The notes: generated by a model from the letters alone, not told the origin. Positions 32,295 to 42,440 are shown, counted from the stretch's first letter. The stretch: 64,000 nt of DNA from Thermomicrobiales bacterium (GCA_042408955.1 JBHOQQ010000088.1:650-64649), one strand, 5' to 3'. Made by a program: numbers and translations.

Positions 32295-33941
32295 GTGCTG
32301 ATGATCACTGTCCGGAATCTCTTAGAACATGGCTTGCCTGCTGGGACGCACGTCGTCGCGGGGGAAGCCGGTCTCGATGATGAGGTGACCTGGGCGACAC
32401 GCCCAGCGCCTAGCCCTCCCGCGTTTGGTCATCTGCGCGGCGGTGAGCTGGTGCTGCTCACTGCCAAGGCGCTGCAAAGCGTTGATGAGCGCCTGACCCT
32501 GGAGGGCGCCATCCGCCAGCTCGCGGCCGCAGGAGTGTCGGCAATAGCCTTCGCTGGGAGGATCACCGCGAGTGCGCGCTCGGCCGCGGATGCCGCGACG
32601 CTGCCGCTGCTGCAATTGCCGGCTGATGCGGATCTGGCCATGCTGGAGCGGGAAACATCCCACCTCATCGCCGAGCGCCGCCGGGAGGCGCATCGTCAAG
32701 GGCTCGAAGCAGGCCGGCGGCTGATGGAGCTGGCCATTGCTGGTGAGTCGTTAGCGGTTGTTGCCCGGACGCTGGCGGAGATGGCGCGGCGGAGCACGGT
32801 GATCGAAGGCCGTGATGGCCGCATCCTGGCGATTGGCGGGAGTGAGACGATCACCCCAGAGCATTTGGCAACCTTGTTGGATCGGGGGCGCCCTGCCCTC
32901 GCCCTGTGGCTTCGCACCAGCGCCGTTGCAAGTCCAGCCGAGCCTCCGACGACGACCGTCGATCTCGATCAGCACCGCAAGCGGGTCGTCGCCCCGATCT
33001 TCGGGCAGGATGGTCTGCTGGGATTGCTGTCGTTGCTGCTGCCAGGGAAGCAGGAATCGCCCGAGGATGCATTGCTGGCATCACGAGGCGCCGCTGCCTG
33101 CGCGGTGGTCCTGGCCCGCGAGCGCGCTGCGGCTGCCGCGCGGCAAGAGCTTGCGCTCAACGTGCTCGATGAAATCCTCGATGGCGCACTGCAAAGCGAA
33201 GTCTCCTTGCTGCAACAGGCCAGGCGGTTGGGCCACGATTTGGAAGCGCCGCACGCTGTCATCGTTGCGCGGCTCGATCAGCGAGCCGGGACCAACGCCG
33301 TCCGTCCCCGTGACGGACGGTGGGCGGTCTTCGAGGAGACGCTGGCGCGTCATGGTGCGCGCCGGCTCTGGCGGATTCGCCACAACCAGGTCGAGATCGT
33401 CTGGCCGGTAGCAGATAAGCGTGAAGCTACTGCCGCTGCCCAGCTCCTCTTTGAGGATGCCCGGCGGCGCTTGCCCGACGGTGCCGGAATGGATGTCTCG
33501 ATGGGATTGGGCCGGGTCGGCTCTGGCCTGCGGGGAATACGCCAGTCGTATCACGAGGCGAAGCAAGCGCTGACCATGGGCCGGCGCCTGCATGGTCCGG
33601 GCCGCCTGACACGCTTCGATGATCTCGGCGTTTACCGCCTCCTCTTCGCGGCGCAAGACCTGCCGGAGCTCCGGACGTTCCACGACGAGGCGCTTGGCCC
33701 GCTCATCGAATACGACCGGGAAAATGGTGCCGACTTGATTCGCACGCTCGAAGCCTTCTTCGCGGCGCGTTGTGGTCCGAAGGAGGCGGCCGCATTGCTC
33801 GGCGTGCACCGCAATACGGTGCTGTACCGGTTGGAGCGCATTCGGGAGCTGACCCGCCTCGATCTCGACGACGCGGATGTCCGCCTGCGTCTGCATTTGG
33901 CGCTCTGCGCGCACGCGGCGCTGTTCGGCCAGCGCGAGTAG
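32295..33941 (+). CDS. PucR family transcriptional regulator
   Basis: N-terminal PucR domain (VVAG-AGLD-EV-W...L-GGELVL) and C-terminal HTH_30 (L-TL-AFF...AA-L-VHRNTV-YRL-RI). Confidence 0.92.
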   Translation: MLMITVRNLLEHGLPAGTHVVAGEAGLDDEVTWATRPAPSPPAFGHLRGGELVLLTAKALQSVDERLTLEGAIRQLAAAGVSAIAFAGRITASARSAADAATLPLLQLPADADLAMLERETSHLIAERRREAHRQGLEAGRRLMELAIAGESLAVVARTLAEMARRSTVIEGRDGRILAIGGSETITPEHLATLLDRGRPALALWLRTSAVASPAEPPTTTVDLDQHRKRVVAPIFGQDGLLGLLSLLLPGKQESPEDALLASRGAAACAVVLARERAAAAARQELALNVLDEILDGALQSEVSLLQQARRLGHDLEAPHAVIVARLDQRAGTNAVRPRDGRWAVFEETLARHGARRLWRIRHNQVEIVWPVADKREATAAAQLLFEDARRRLPDGAGMDVSMGLGRVGSGLRGIRQSYHEAKQALTMGRRLHGPGRLTRFDDLGVYRLLFAAQDLPELRTFHDEALGPLIEYDRENGADLIRTLEAFFAARCGPKEAAALLGVHRNTVLYRLERIRELTRLDLDDADVRLRLHLALCAHAALFGQRE

Positions 33942-34082
33942 GGATGCAATGCCTCCCCAGCTGGGTGGGGATAGCGGATATCCACTGAGAGTAAGCCGGT
34001 TCCAGCCGGCTTCGTGGGCTCAGTACGGGGATATCAGCACCAGCTTCCTCAGGTGGTGCCTTGTGCAGCGGTGGAATCCAGC

Positions 34083-34271
34083 TTAGGTAAAGAGATGCAA
34101 GAGGAGCCAAATGATTCCGGCCCACAGCGCCAGACCGGCCGGAACCAGGATCCGCAACGCCATGAACGCTCCAAGATCGTCAGACGATTGCTGATCTGTC
34201 CTCGCGTCAAATGGCAGTGAGGCTGCGGGATGGTGATTCGGGACAAGCGCTTGGTCCACGGGTTGCCGCTC
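34083..34271 (-). CDS. Possible small membrane protein (start uncertain)
   Basis: The 3' part of the ORF encodes a clean TM segment (LGAFMALRILVPAGLALWAGIIWLLLHLF). Confidence 0.35.
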   Translation of the reverse strand, partial: ERQPVDQALVPNHHPAASLPFDARTDQQSSDDLGAFMALRILVPAGLALWAGIIWLLLHLFT

Positions 34272-34656
34272 CGATCGATTTGCCCAGCGGCGTGATACGC
34301 TGCCACGCCTGAACGCTTTGATCCTAGACGATCGCGTGGTGGGCAGGGAGGGACAAGGAGTCCTAGTCTGGCCTCCCAGTGTTCCTACGCCAGCGCCTTC
34401 CATCCGGCCTAGTCGCTGGCGGGACCGATGTCCGGGACTCGGCCGGACACCCCTGGGCCGGCGCCATCGCGGCATCGCGGCGCGATTCCTGGTGAGCCGC
34501 CGATATCCTGGCGCGGGGCGTTTCGCCGGTGCGTCCTGGCGCGGGCTTGGGGCAAGGTGACCGCCTGGTGGCTGATCCATGAGGCCATCCTCGTTCTGGG
34601 AACGAGCGCTGCGACACGAGCGAGGCCACACAACAGAGGATCATCGTTGATCTCGG

Positions 34657-34962
34657 CTAGCGCAGCGAGTCCCCAACCTCATGATACGCCGAGCGGCGTT
34701 CGGGGTGGTCGGGGCTAAGTACTGGCATTCGGCTGGAACGGTAGGTTTTTGCCATCGACACGCCGGAAACGACAGCCCACGTGCCTTCAAGGAGAAAAAA
34801 GCCCCATTGCCCATCGAGGAGTGCAATGACGGTCAGCAATGCTGAGCCGGCGAGGTTGAGCAGGAGATACCAGCGTGAGGTGTGGCTCAGCAACTGAAGC
34901 TGAGCGAGGATGAAGCCGGCGAGAATCAGCACGGCCCCAGCGATCTGGATGACTTGATTCAT
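34657..34962 (-). CDS. Small 3-TM membrane protein (CBU_0592-like)
   Basis: Q--GA-LIL-F...YLLLNL-GS-LL...QWGF-LLE-W pattern. Confidence 0.7.
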   Translation of the reverse strand: MNQVIQIAGAVLILAGFILAQLQLLSHTSRWYLLLNLAGSALLTVIALLDGQWGFFLLEGTWAVVSGVSMAKTYRSSRMPVLSPDHPERRSAYHEVGDSLR

Positions 34963-35184
34963 CGTCTACTACCGCAGCGTGTCTGGCGAGCGCTCGTGCC
35001 GCGTTGCCCGCGCTGAGACAACGCACGGGCGGAGTGTACGGCATTCGAGCATGCTCCAATCATGCCAGGCATGCTGCCTAGTGTGCACGGCAGCGGACGT
35101 GCGTGGTCCTTGCCCAGCACCAGTCGAGCCGTCACAATCCAGCGAACTGGTTGGAGTCGCATCACACTCCAAGGAGGCGTGCCA

Positions 35185-35511
35185 ATGCCGATCCTCGCCG
35201 TTGAGCTTGACGACGTTGAGGTGCAGCACCGTCAGGTGGGGAAGCCCTGGTTGGAATTCTTGCGCGTTCCCTCGCTGAGCGTCGGTCTTTATGCGTTGCC
35301 TGCCGGTGGCACCGATCCCCAAAGTCCGCATCAGGAGGATGAGGTGTACGTTGTGGTGCGCGGGCGGGCAATGCTTCGGGTCGCCGATGAAGACCGGCCG
35401 GTCCGGCCAGGTTCAATCGTCTTCGTGGGGAAGGGCGTGGAGCACCGGTTTCACAGCATTGAGGAGCCGCTGAGCGTGCTGGTCATCTTCGCCCCGGCGC
35501 ACACCGCGTGA
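35185..35511 (+). CDS. Cupin domain protein
   Basis: AAGGAGG RBS; DPQSPH-EDEVY-V-G, FV--GVEHRFH. Confidence 0.85.
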   Translation: MPILAVELDDVEVQHRQVGKPWLEFLRVPSLSVGLYALPAGGTDPQSPHQEDEVYVVVRGRAMLRVADEDRPVRPGSIVFVGKGVEHRFHSIEEPLSVLVIFAPAHTA

Positions 35512-35745
35512 GGGACCGTGTGCTCGTCCTGGTGACTCGCGTGGTGACGCATCCGGCAGTGACCGCCGTGGCTTTCGCTGAGCGTGCCGGCCGGTATCGG
35601 ACCGGCACACCACGCCTGGCCGGGTCAACGTGTGCCTGTGCGCGACAGGGGCAGGAGTACCAAGCATCCCCGACGAGCTTTTACCCATCGGTGGGTCAAC
35701 GAAACGCGGTTCCCCAGTACCTCGGATGCCTTCTATATGATTGCC

Positions 35746-36240
35746 TTATTGCCTTAATCGCCGGGTTAGCAGCGCGACCATCCCCAGCGACAGGACAGCA
35801 GCGCTAACGCCGACGGCCAGCAGAGCGAGACTCCCTGGACCAGAGAGATCAACGAACACAACCTCAAGCAGACCTACACCGAGCGAGCAGGCAACGAGTA
35901 GCGCCATGGCTCGCAGCCGGCGCCACACAAGGCCCGTCTCCTCGTTACAATGCGTGCGCCGTTCCAGCGACCAATAGGCGAGTTCGGCCGTCAATAGCAA
36001 CGCCGATCCAAAAACAGCCGCGATGAGGTCGAGCGACTCACCGCGGATGTACACCGACACGACAAATTCGGCGCCAAGAATACCGAGTGCCCATACGACG
36101 CCAGAATGCCAATTCCATACGAGTGAGACTCCGAGCAGCACGGGCGCCACCAAACCGAGCGTCAGCAGACCCGCCGCATCGTGAGCGAAGAGCGCCGGAT
36201 AGGCGGCGAGCACCACTGACACGCCAATCGCCATGGTCAT
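35746..36240 (-). CDS. Membrane protein of the MoxR cluster
   Basis: Multiple TM helices, AELAYWSLE motif; immediately after the DUF58 gene. Confidence 0.65.
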   Translation of the reverse strand: MTMAIGVSVVLAAYPALFAHDAAGLLTLGLVAPVLLGVSLVWNWHSGVVWALGILGAEFVVSVYIRGESLDLIAAVFGSALLLTAELAYWSLERRTHCNEETGLVWRRLRAMALLVACSLGVGLLEVVFVDLSGPGSLALLAVGVSAAVLSLGMVALLTRRLRQ

Positions 36241-36245
36241 CGTGA

Positions 36246-37520
36246 TCAGGCGCGTGCCCGACGTGCGGATCGGCGGAATGCTTGAACCTCCTGTACAACG
36301 GCGTCGAGAGCTTGGCTCGCTTCCCACGCTCCAATCGGGACGCCCAGACGGCGAAACCGATCGCGCAGCAGCTCGCGCTCAAGGGCCCAAACGTGAATGG
36401 CGATATCCTTGGCTGGTCTCGCCGGCTGAGCGACGAATGGGATTGGCGACACTTCGATGATTGCCAGATCGAACCGCCGCGCTCGAAGATCGAACAAGGC
36501 GTTGATGGTTCGCTCATCCAACAGGGGCGTGATTGCCACGAGCAAGGCCTTCGGCGGAAGGGTGGCGGGTGGAATCACGTCGATCCCCTTCCAGGCGAAG
36601 CTCACCACCACCTCAGTGTCGATCAGCGCTTCAACGATTTGGTAGTACTGCGCCAACCCCATTGCGGGTCGCAGCCAGCGCAGGATACCGCCGAATCCGA
36701 TAAGTCCAACTCGGTCCCGCCGTTGCAGGTAACGCTCCGCGAGCGCCGCCGTGGCGCGAATTGCCTCGTCCAAGGTACCGTTGTTTCCGTGACGCGCCTC
36801 CGCGAACGTGTCGAGGAAGAGGATGATGTCAGTGTTCTGCTCCCGTTGAAACTCGTTGACGTACAATTCCCGTCGCCGCGTGCTGAGGCGCCAATTGACA
36901 CGGCGGACGCGGTCGCCGGGCGCGAAGGGCCGGACGTCGATGAATTCAATGCCGTCGCCTTTGGCCCGTGAGAGCTCGTTTCCTACGAAGACCTGAGTCT
37001 CGGACGCACGAATGATCGAGCGCAGAGCCGCCGGCAGCGGATAGACGCGCAGAGGACATTGCGGGTGGAAATGCACCTCTGTAACGAAGAAACCGAAGGT
37101 ATCGCGCGCACGCACATATAGCTCGCCGACAGCATAGCCACCCCAGCGACGACAGTGAATGACCCGGCGCATTCGCTGCGGTGCCGTTGTCGTGAGACTG
37201 CGCGCGTGAACGAGGGCGCCACCGTCCTCCTCCAGCCCTGGGGGTAGGCGCAGTACAATCTCCGCCCTCGCTACCGGCGCTGTTGCTTCAAGCATGACCT
37301 CGACTTCGACATCCTCGCCCTCCAGCGCCTGCTCGCGGGTAAGATTGACGACCGCCCGAATCCTGGGCATCTGGGCGAGTGCGAGGCCGATCCCAAGGGC
37401 TACCAGAAACGGTGCGGCGAGCAGGACCGGCTCTGCTCGCCGCAGCACCAGTCCGGTGCTGCATCCCGTTACGGCTAATGCGATATAGGCGGGGAGCTTC
37501 GGTGAGGCAAAGGTATTCAT
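36246..37520 (-). CDS. DUF58 (vWA-like) protein
   Basis: GIEF-DVRPF-PGD--RRVNW--S-R---L-VN, FLD, DRVG; ATGA overlap with moxR. Confidence 0.9.
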   Translation of the reverse strand: MNTFASPKLPAYIALAVTGCSTGLVLRRAEPVLLAAPFLVALGIGLALAQMPRIRAVVNLTREQALEGEDVEVEVMLEATAPVARAEIVLRLPPGLEEDGGALVHARSLTTTAPQRMRRVIHCRRWGGYAVGELYVRARDTFGFFVTEVHFHPQCPLRVYPLPAALRSIIRASETQVFVGNELSRAKGDGIEFIDVRPFAPGDRVRRVNWRLSTRRRELYVNEFQREQNTDIILFLDTFAEARHGNNGTLDEAIRATAALAERYLQRRDRVGLIGFGGILRWLRPAMGLAQYYQIVEALIDTEVVVSFAWKGIDVIPPATLPPKALLVAITPLLDERTINALFDLRARRFDLAIIEVSPIPFVAQPARPAKDIAIHVWALERELLRDRFRRLGVPIGAWEASQALDAVVQEVQAFRRSARRARA

Positions 37521-38503
37521 TGCTCACCTGGCCCCGCCTCGTCGATGGGCGGGGTGGGAACCTGCGTCAGGCAGTCGAGCACGATGTCCTCCGGACGTAC
37601 CCGCTGGACCCAAAGCTCGGGCCGGAGGATGATCCGATGAGACAGCGCGGGAACGGCGACCGCCTTCACGTCGTCAGGGACGACGTAGTCACGCCCGGCG
37701 AGGACAGCCCGCCCACGGGCCAGCTTCATCAGGGCGAGCGTGCCACGCGGGCTGGCCCCGACCTGAACTCGGCGGCTGGCGCGCGTGGCCGCGACAAGAT
37801 CGACCATGTAGTACGCGACAGCAGAGGAGACGTACACTTCCTCAACTGCTCGCTGCATTGCCACCAGGGTCGGACCGTCGACAATTGGATTGAGCTCGAT
37901 CTCATCGGTCTGTCGCTCGATCCGGTTGCGCAGCATCTGCCATTCCTCGTCGCGCGATGGGTAGCCAACGCCCGTTCGCAGCAGGAAGCGGTCGAGTTGC
38001 GCCTCGGGCAGGGGATAGGTGCCCTCGTACTCGATCGGGTTCTGCGTCGCCATGACAACAAAAGGAGACATCAACCGGTGCGTAATCCCCTCGATTGTCA
38101 CCTGTCGTTCCTGCATCGCTTCCAGGAGCGCCGCCTGCGTCTTAGCTGGGGCGCGGTTGATCTCGTCGGCTAGGAGGAAGTTCGTGAAGATTGGTCCAGG
38201 GCGAAACTCGAAATCACCGAGGCGCTGATTATAGATCAAGGACCCAGTCACATCCGCCGGCATCAGATCAGGAGTGAATTGGATTCGCTTGAAGTCAAGC
38301 CGGGCGACTTGGGCGAAGGATCGAGCGATCAGCGTCTTGGCCAATCCGGGGTAATCCTCAATGAGAACGTGACCGTCGGCGAGGATAGCTATGAGCACGA
38401 GCTCGGTCACCGCCCGTTTGCCAACCACCGCCCGTTCCACCTCGGTGAGCATCTGGCGTGCTAATTCAGTTACTTGCTCAAGTGCGAGCGTTGTGGCTGC
38501 CAT
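37517..38503 (-). CDS. moxR: MoxR family AAA+ ATPase
   Basis: EDYPGLAKT, RIQFTPDL, DEINRAPAKTQAALLEAMQE, ATQNPIEYEGTYPLPEAQLDRF, GASPR. Confidence 0.95.
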   Translation of the reverse strand: MAATTLALEQVTELARQMLTEVERAVVGKRAVTELVLIAILADGHVLIEDYPGLAKTLIARSFAQVARLDFKRIQFTPDLMPADVTGSLIYNQRLGDFEFRPGPIFTNFLLADEINRAPAKTQAALLEAMQERQVTIEGITHRLMSPFVVMATQNPIEYEGTYPLPEAQLDRFLLRTGVGYPSRDEEWQMLRNRIERQTDEIELNPIVDGPTLVAMQRAVEEVYVSSAVAYYMVDLVAATRASRRVQVGASPRGTLALMKLARGRAVLAGRDYVVPDDVKAVAVPALSHRIILRPELWVQRVRPEDIVLDCLTQVPTPPIDEAGPGEQ

Positions 38504-39050
38504 CCAGTCTCTCCAATGCCTCGACGACCGTCCACAATGTATCGACACTGATCCCAGGGCCGGCTCTATCCTGCACATCAATCGCTGGTGCAAGCAGCAC
38601 CCAGACAGGCTCACCGAGCGCGGCGCGGGCGGCCTCTGGCTCCGCGTCGATGTTGATGCTGAGATAGGAGGTGAGTCGCTGCGCGGCAATCTGGCGAAGA
38701 ACGGGTCGGAGTCGCGCCTGGAACTCTCGCCTGTCCCAACCCGCCGATGCCACGAGTCGCTCGATTTGGCGGAGCCGTTCTGGCGGTTCCGGTGGAACTG
38801 TCCACCGTTCTTGGGCCAGATCGAAGGCTGTCCGTCTGTGGATCGGGTGTGTCTTGGCAGCCACTCGCGCCGTGGTGCCCAGCGCCGTCAGTCCGACGAG
38901 TAGCAGCCACCAGCGGAGCGCTCGTGTGACCTGGTCCGGCCAGACCAGGGTCATCACCACGAGCCCCAAAGTGGCGAGCGAGGCGACAACGAGGACGGCA
39001 AGCGCTGCTTGTCTGACCCGGTCTGCGTAATTGTCGAAAGGACCGTTCAT
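38478..39050 (-). CDS. Membrane protein of the MoxR cluster
   Basis: Two N-terminal TM helices, then LRP-LR--A--RL...W and C-terminal V--LE-L. Confidence 0.7.
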   Translation of the reverse strand: MNGPFDNYADRVRQAALAVLVVASLATLGLVVMTLVWPDQVTRALRWWLLLVGLTALGTTARVAAKTHPIHRRTAFDLAQERWTVPPEPPERLRQIERLVASAGWDRREFQARLRPVLRQIAAQRLTSYLSINIDAEPEAARAALGEPVWVLLAPAIDVQDRAGPGISVDTLWTVVEALERLDGSHNART

Positions 39051-39057
39051 TGATGGC

Positions 39058-40065
39058 TCACAGCTCCTGCCGAATCGCAGTCACTGCCGCGATGGCTTGC
39101 TCTTGCATGGAGGGGATGATGTCATGCTGACTGAACCTGGCCAACTCAAACAAGCGGGTCAGGCGGCGGATCTCCCTCGCGCCCAGTCCAAGCTCTCGCA
39201 GGACACGCGCGGCGTACTCCTCTGGCGTCTCGACCTCGCGCCGGGGGAACCCGTGCCGTGCGAGAATGCGCTCCATTCGCACGTATGCTTTGATCACCGC
39301 GCGGCGTGGATCCCTCTCGCGGCGCAAGTCTTCTAAACTCTCATCCAGGGCTGCTGCCAGGTCCTGGGTGAGATCTGACGTGGCTGACTCCAGCGTCCTA
39401 GGCTTCTCCCAGGCTATTGTGCTCCCTCGGCGAAGAGTCCAGCCAGCGAGCGCAAGCGCTGCGACGCCGAGCATTGCAGCGGCCCCAATCGCCACCCAAT
39501 GGGAGCCGCGTGTGGCGACCGCCGGTCCCGTGGGGACGGGTTCACTCGATCGTGGCGGAGCGATGGGAGCAACCGGGCCGCCATCTCGCACCTGCGTTGC
39601 GGGAGATGAGGTATCGATCTGAGTGGTATACACCAGGGAGACCACTCCCGCGATGAGGAGGAATGGAAGCGCGGTCAGGGCGAATTTGACAGCCCAATGT
39701 ATCCTGACTGGCTCGGTGTACTCCTCGAACTCCTCCTCGTCCTTCCCTCGCCTCCGGCGCCGCGTCGGCCAAAAGATAAAAGCGAGGATTGCCGCGCCAA
39801 CTACTGTCGCAACCATAACGGCTACCACAATCACATTGTCGAGGACATTGATGGCCGTGGTGTTCGTTTGCGCGTGGGTGCTCGGGCTGGCATATGGCCG
39901 TGTCCCTACGAGGACAAGGAAGATCAAGAGAGTAATCGTGACGCCGGAAAATGCCAGGCGCACCGGCGGGCGCAGATGGCGAGCCGTGGCCGGTGCCACG
40001 GCGGGCATACCACCGCTCTTCGCGTTTTCCTCGATACCGGTGTATCGCAGATCAGTCGGCGTCAT
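39058..40065 (-). CDS. DUF4129 domain membrane protein
   Basis: TM segments, then DPRRAVI-AY-RME--L---G--R---ETP-EY--R...LT-LFE-ARFS-H. Confidence 0.85.
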   Translation of the reverse strand: MTPTDLRYTGIEENAKSGGMPAVAPATARHLRPPVRLAFSGVTITLLIFLVLVGTRPYASPSTHAQTNTTAINVLDNVIVVAVMVATVVGAAILAFIFWPTRRRRRGKDEEEFEEYTEPVRIHWAVKFALTALPFLLIAGVVSLVYTTQIDTSSPATQVRDGGPVAPIAPPRSSEPVPTGPAVATRGSHWVAIGAAAMLGVAALALAGWTLRRGSTIAWEKPRTLESATSDLTQDLAAALDESLEDLRRERDPRRAVIKAYVRMERILARHGFPRREVETPEEYAARVLRELGLGAREIRRLTRLFELARFSQHDIIPSMQEQAIAAVTAIRQEL

Positions 40066-40675
40066 AAGGTGAATTCCACCTGTCAGCGGGGTGTGCCACT
40101 TTCAGCACATCGGCGGCGGCACGGCGCACCGCTGCATTGGGATCATGCATTGCTGCCTGGTGGAGTGCCTCGTCTGCTGCCGGATGAGTAAAGCACCCAA
40201 GGGCCTGGACGGCCGCAATCCTCTGGCGAAGGTGGCGATGGCGCAGGACACCAGTCAAGGGCACGATGGCAGCTTCGTCTCTCAATTCGGCGAGCGCTTG
40301 GATAATTGCCATTGACACGTCGTCGGCATCGAGCCACCGGTCAAGCGCGGCGATCAGCGGCGCAACGGCGCCGCTCACCCGGCGCTGGCCTAGAATCTCG
40401 GCGCTGATCGCGGCGACATCGGGACGATTCTGCCTCAGGGCCGCGATCAGTTTGTCGTCGAACGTGTCCACATCTCGCTCCCGCGCACCGCGCGCCTCGT
40501 CTCGCCTCGCTGTAGCGCTGCTCGGGTCTCTTGATGGACAGGCTGCCGAGGCGGGAGGTTTGTCGAGCACCATGGTCCGTTCCTGGAGAGCACCTCTGAA
40601 CTGCTGTCGAGAGCGCTCATGTTGCTGATGCAGCGTCATGCTAATTCGAGCGAATCCCCGGCTCATCTTGGTCAT
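40052..40675 (-). CDS. HEAT/PBS-lyase repeat protein (start uncertain)
   Basis: AEILG...AVAPLIAAL, ALAEL...AIVPL, RIAAVQALG, DPNAAVRRAA. Confidence 0.75.
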   Translation of the reverse strand: MTKMSRGFARISMTLHQQHERSRQQFRGALQERTMVLDKPPASAACPSRDPSSATARRDEARGARERDVDTFDDKLIAALRQNRPDVAAISAEILGQRRVSGAVAPLIAALDRWLDADDVSMAIIQALAELRDEAAIVPLTGVLRHRHLRQRIAAVQALGCFTHPAADEALHQAAMHDPNAAVRRAAADVLKVAHPADRWNSPYDAD

Positions 40676-41843
40676 CCTGATCCGGCAGGTCGGGGCCGGC
40701 AGCCTCGACCGGCAGGAGCGTCAGCGCCTGCCGCAGGGTTGCAAAGACATCGAGGCTTTGGGCTGCGGTAACTGGAGGAAATTGCACGAGGCCGCCCGGT
40801 TTGGCGCCAAGCCGCCAGGCCACATGTGTCTCCAACACCGACCGGCGCAGCTCAATGGAGGTTACCTGAGTCAGTGGATAGACCAACACTTCCCCCTTAT
40901 CTGGAAGAGAGACGACGAAAAGGTGCTCCTGTGTCACGGCAATGAGGCGGGGGCCCTCGCCAGTGTCAGGGATCATGGCCAGGGCGCGGACACGCCTCGG
41001 AGCTCCATCTGGGCCAGGGTACCTGCGCAAGCTATCCAAAAGGCGCTCTTGAAGTGCCGCGCCGAGCGCCGGATCGACGACATCGGTGACGCGCGGGCGA
41101 GATCGCTGATTGGGCGTTCGTGAAACCAGCGTCTGCAGATGATTGCGCGGCGCGAAGAAACCAGGGAGTCGTGGCCGGCGCTCATCTGAGCGGGGAAGAA
41201 ATCGTTCGATCAGCGTCACCAGCGTTTCGATATCGGTGATTGCCTCTCCTGGAAAGATCCAGGTAATCGTCTCTTGAGCTTCAGACGCTCGCACCGCGAT
41301 GGCAAGCTGAACCCCCTTACCCGCGACTTTCTTCAACCAAGAGACATGAGCGAGTCGTTCATAGGTGGTCACGTCAACCGAGTATCCGGAGAAATACATG
41401 CCGGCCACCGGCTCTTCGTCATCGCGTAGAAGGAGAATCTGGCGAGTGGTGGCAAGGAGCAGCCCCTCCCGTGGCTGCCGCCCACCGGGGGTGAGCGCGC
41501 GGCTCAGCCGCGCGCGCCAGCTATCTGTTGCCCGGTCACTCCAGGGAACGAACGCAAGGATCCGCTCATGCGGGAAGAGGTATTCCTCAGCGTACTTGAG
41601 GAAGCGCCCGGAGAGGCGGTAGAGCGAATATTCAGCATCAGTATTCCGGTCTGCGTGGCGGTCGAGCGGCCGCAGCCGCTCGAGATGAACCGGCGAGATG
41701 CTCCCCTCTTCCTGTCCCGCCCAAATGGCTGCCACGGTCCGCCAGGCAGGTTGGACAGGGCGACGTAACGCCTCGCGCCGCGCTGGCGGAGTGGAGGTCG
41801 TGTGGGCGGAAGGTGAGGGGATCTGTGGGGTTGACTCGATCAT
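40641..41843 (-). CDS. Hypothetical protein
   Basis: 400-aa ORF with AGAGG RBS, in operon orientation; no motif recognised with confidence. Confidence 0.6.
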   Translation of the reverse strand: MIESTPQIPSPSAHTTSTPPARREALRRPVQPAWRTVAAIWAGQEEGSISPVHLERLRPLDRHADRNTDAEYSLYRLSGRFLKYAEEYLFPHERILAFVPWSDRATDSWRARLSRALTPGGRQPREGLLLATTRQILLLRDDEEPVAGMYFSGYSVDVTTYERLAHVSWLKKVAGKGVQLAIAVRASEAQETITWIFPGEAITDIETLVTLIERFLPRSDERRPRLPGFFAPRNHLQTLVSRTPNQRSRPRVTDVVDPALGAALQERLLDSLRRYPGPDGAPRRVRALAMIPDTGEGPRLIAVTQEHLFVVSLPDKGEVLVYPLTQVTSIELRRSVLETHVAWRLGAKPGGLVQFPPVTAAQSLDVFATLRQALTLLPVEAAGPDLPDQDDQDEPGIRSN

Positions 41844-41903
41844 CTGGATTCCTCTAGGAGATTTGCTCTGCCGTGGCGTGTCATTGCCCCCTGGGCCGCT
41901 GCA

Positions 41904-42422
41904 TCAGGGGTGCTTCTCTGCGCGTTGCAGCATCACGCGGACGATGTCGGCACGGCCAATCACGCCAACGAGCTCACCATTGTTGACAACCAGAACGGGA
42001 TGAACGCCCCGATTGGCCATAATCGCCGCAACCTCGATGACGTTTGCCTCCTCGCTAACGCTAACCACCGTACGGCGCATGACCTTCTCAACGGGTGTTA
42101 GCGGCAGGCTGCTCGCCTTTTGGTCAAGGGAGTCGTATCGAAGAATCGGCATCGGGCTAGCGTGAGGTAACGGCGCTCGCAAGATATCCCGGATGCCGAT
42201 GACCCCAGCGACATGGCCATCTTCATCGAGAACGGGCAAGGCGTTGACGCCGTGGTCAACCATGAGTTGGGCGGCATCGGCCAGCGATGTGCCGTGCTGA
42301 ACCGTGATTACCGATCGCTGCATGATCTCTTTAGCGTGCACGATCGAGTTGCTTGTCTCGGGCAATGGTCGCGATGTCGTGCTCAATCGGTGCCGGCTTG
42401 GGCCATGGCGTGAGGGATTCAT
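41904..42422 (-). CDS. CBS domain pair protein
   Basis: AKEIM...V--LPV-D--G-V-GVI---DI and VEKVM...V-VV--GELVGVI-RADI. Confidence 0.88.
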   Translation of the reverse strand: MNPSRHGPSRHRLSTTSRPLPETSNSIVHAKEIMQRSVITVQHGTSLADAAQLMVDHGVNALPVLDEDGHVAGVIGIRDILRAPLPHASPMPILRYDSLDQKASSLPLTPVEKVMRRTVVSVSEEANVIEVAAIMANRGVHPVLVVNNGELVGVIGRADIVRVMLQRAEKHP

Positions 42423-42440
42423 CGGAACGCTCGCTCCTTT

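Noticed and set aside
34349-34365. GGAC-N5-GTCC palindrome as a NarL/DosR-type box
   Set aside because: A single short palindrome in GC-rich DNA is not enough support.
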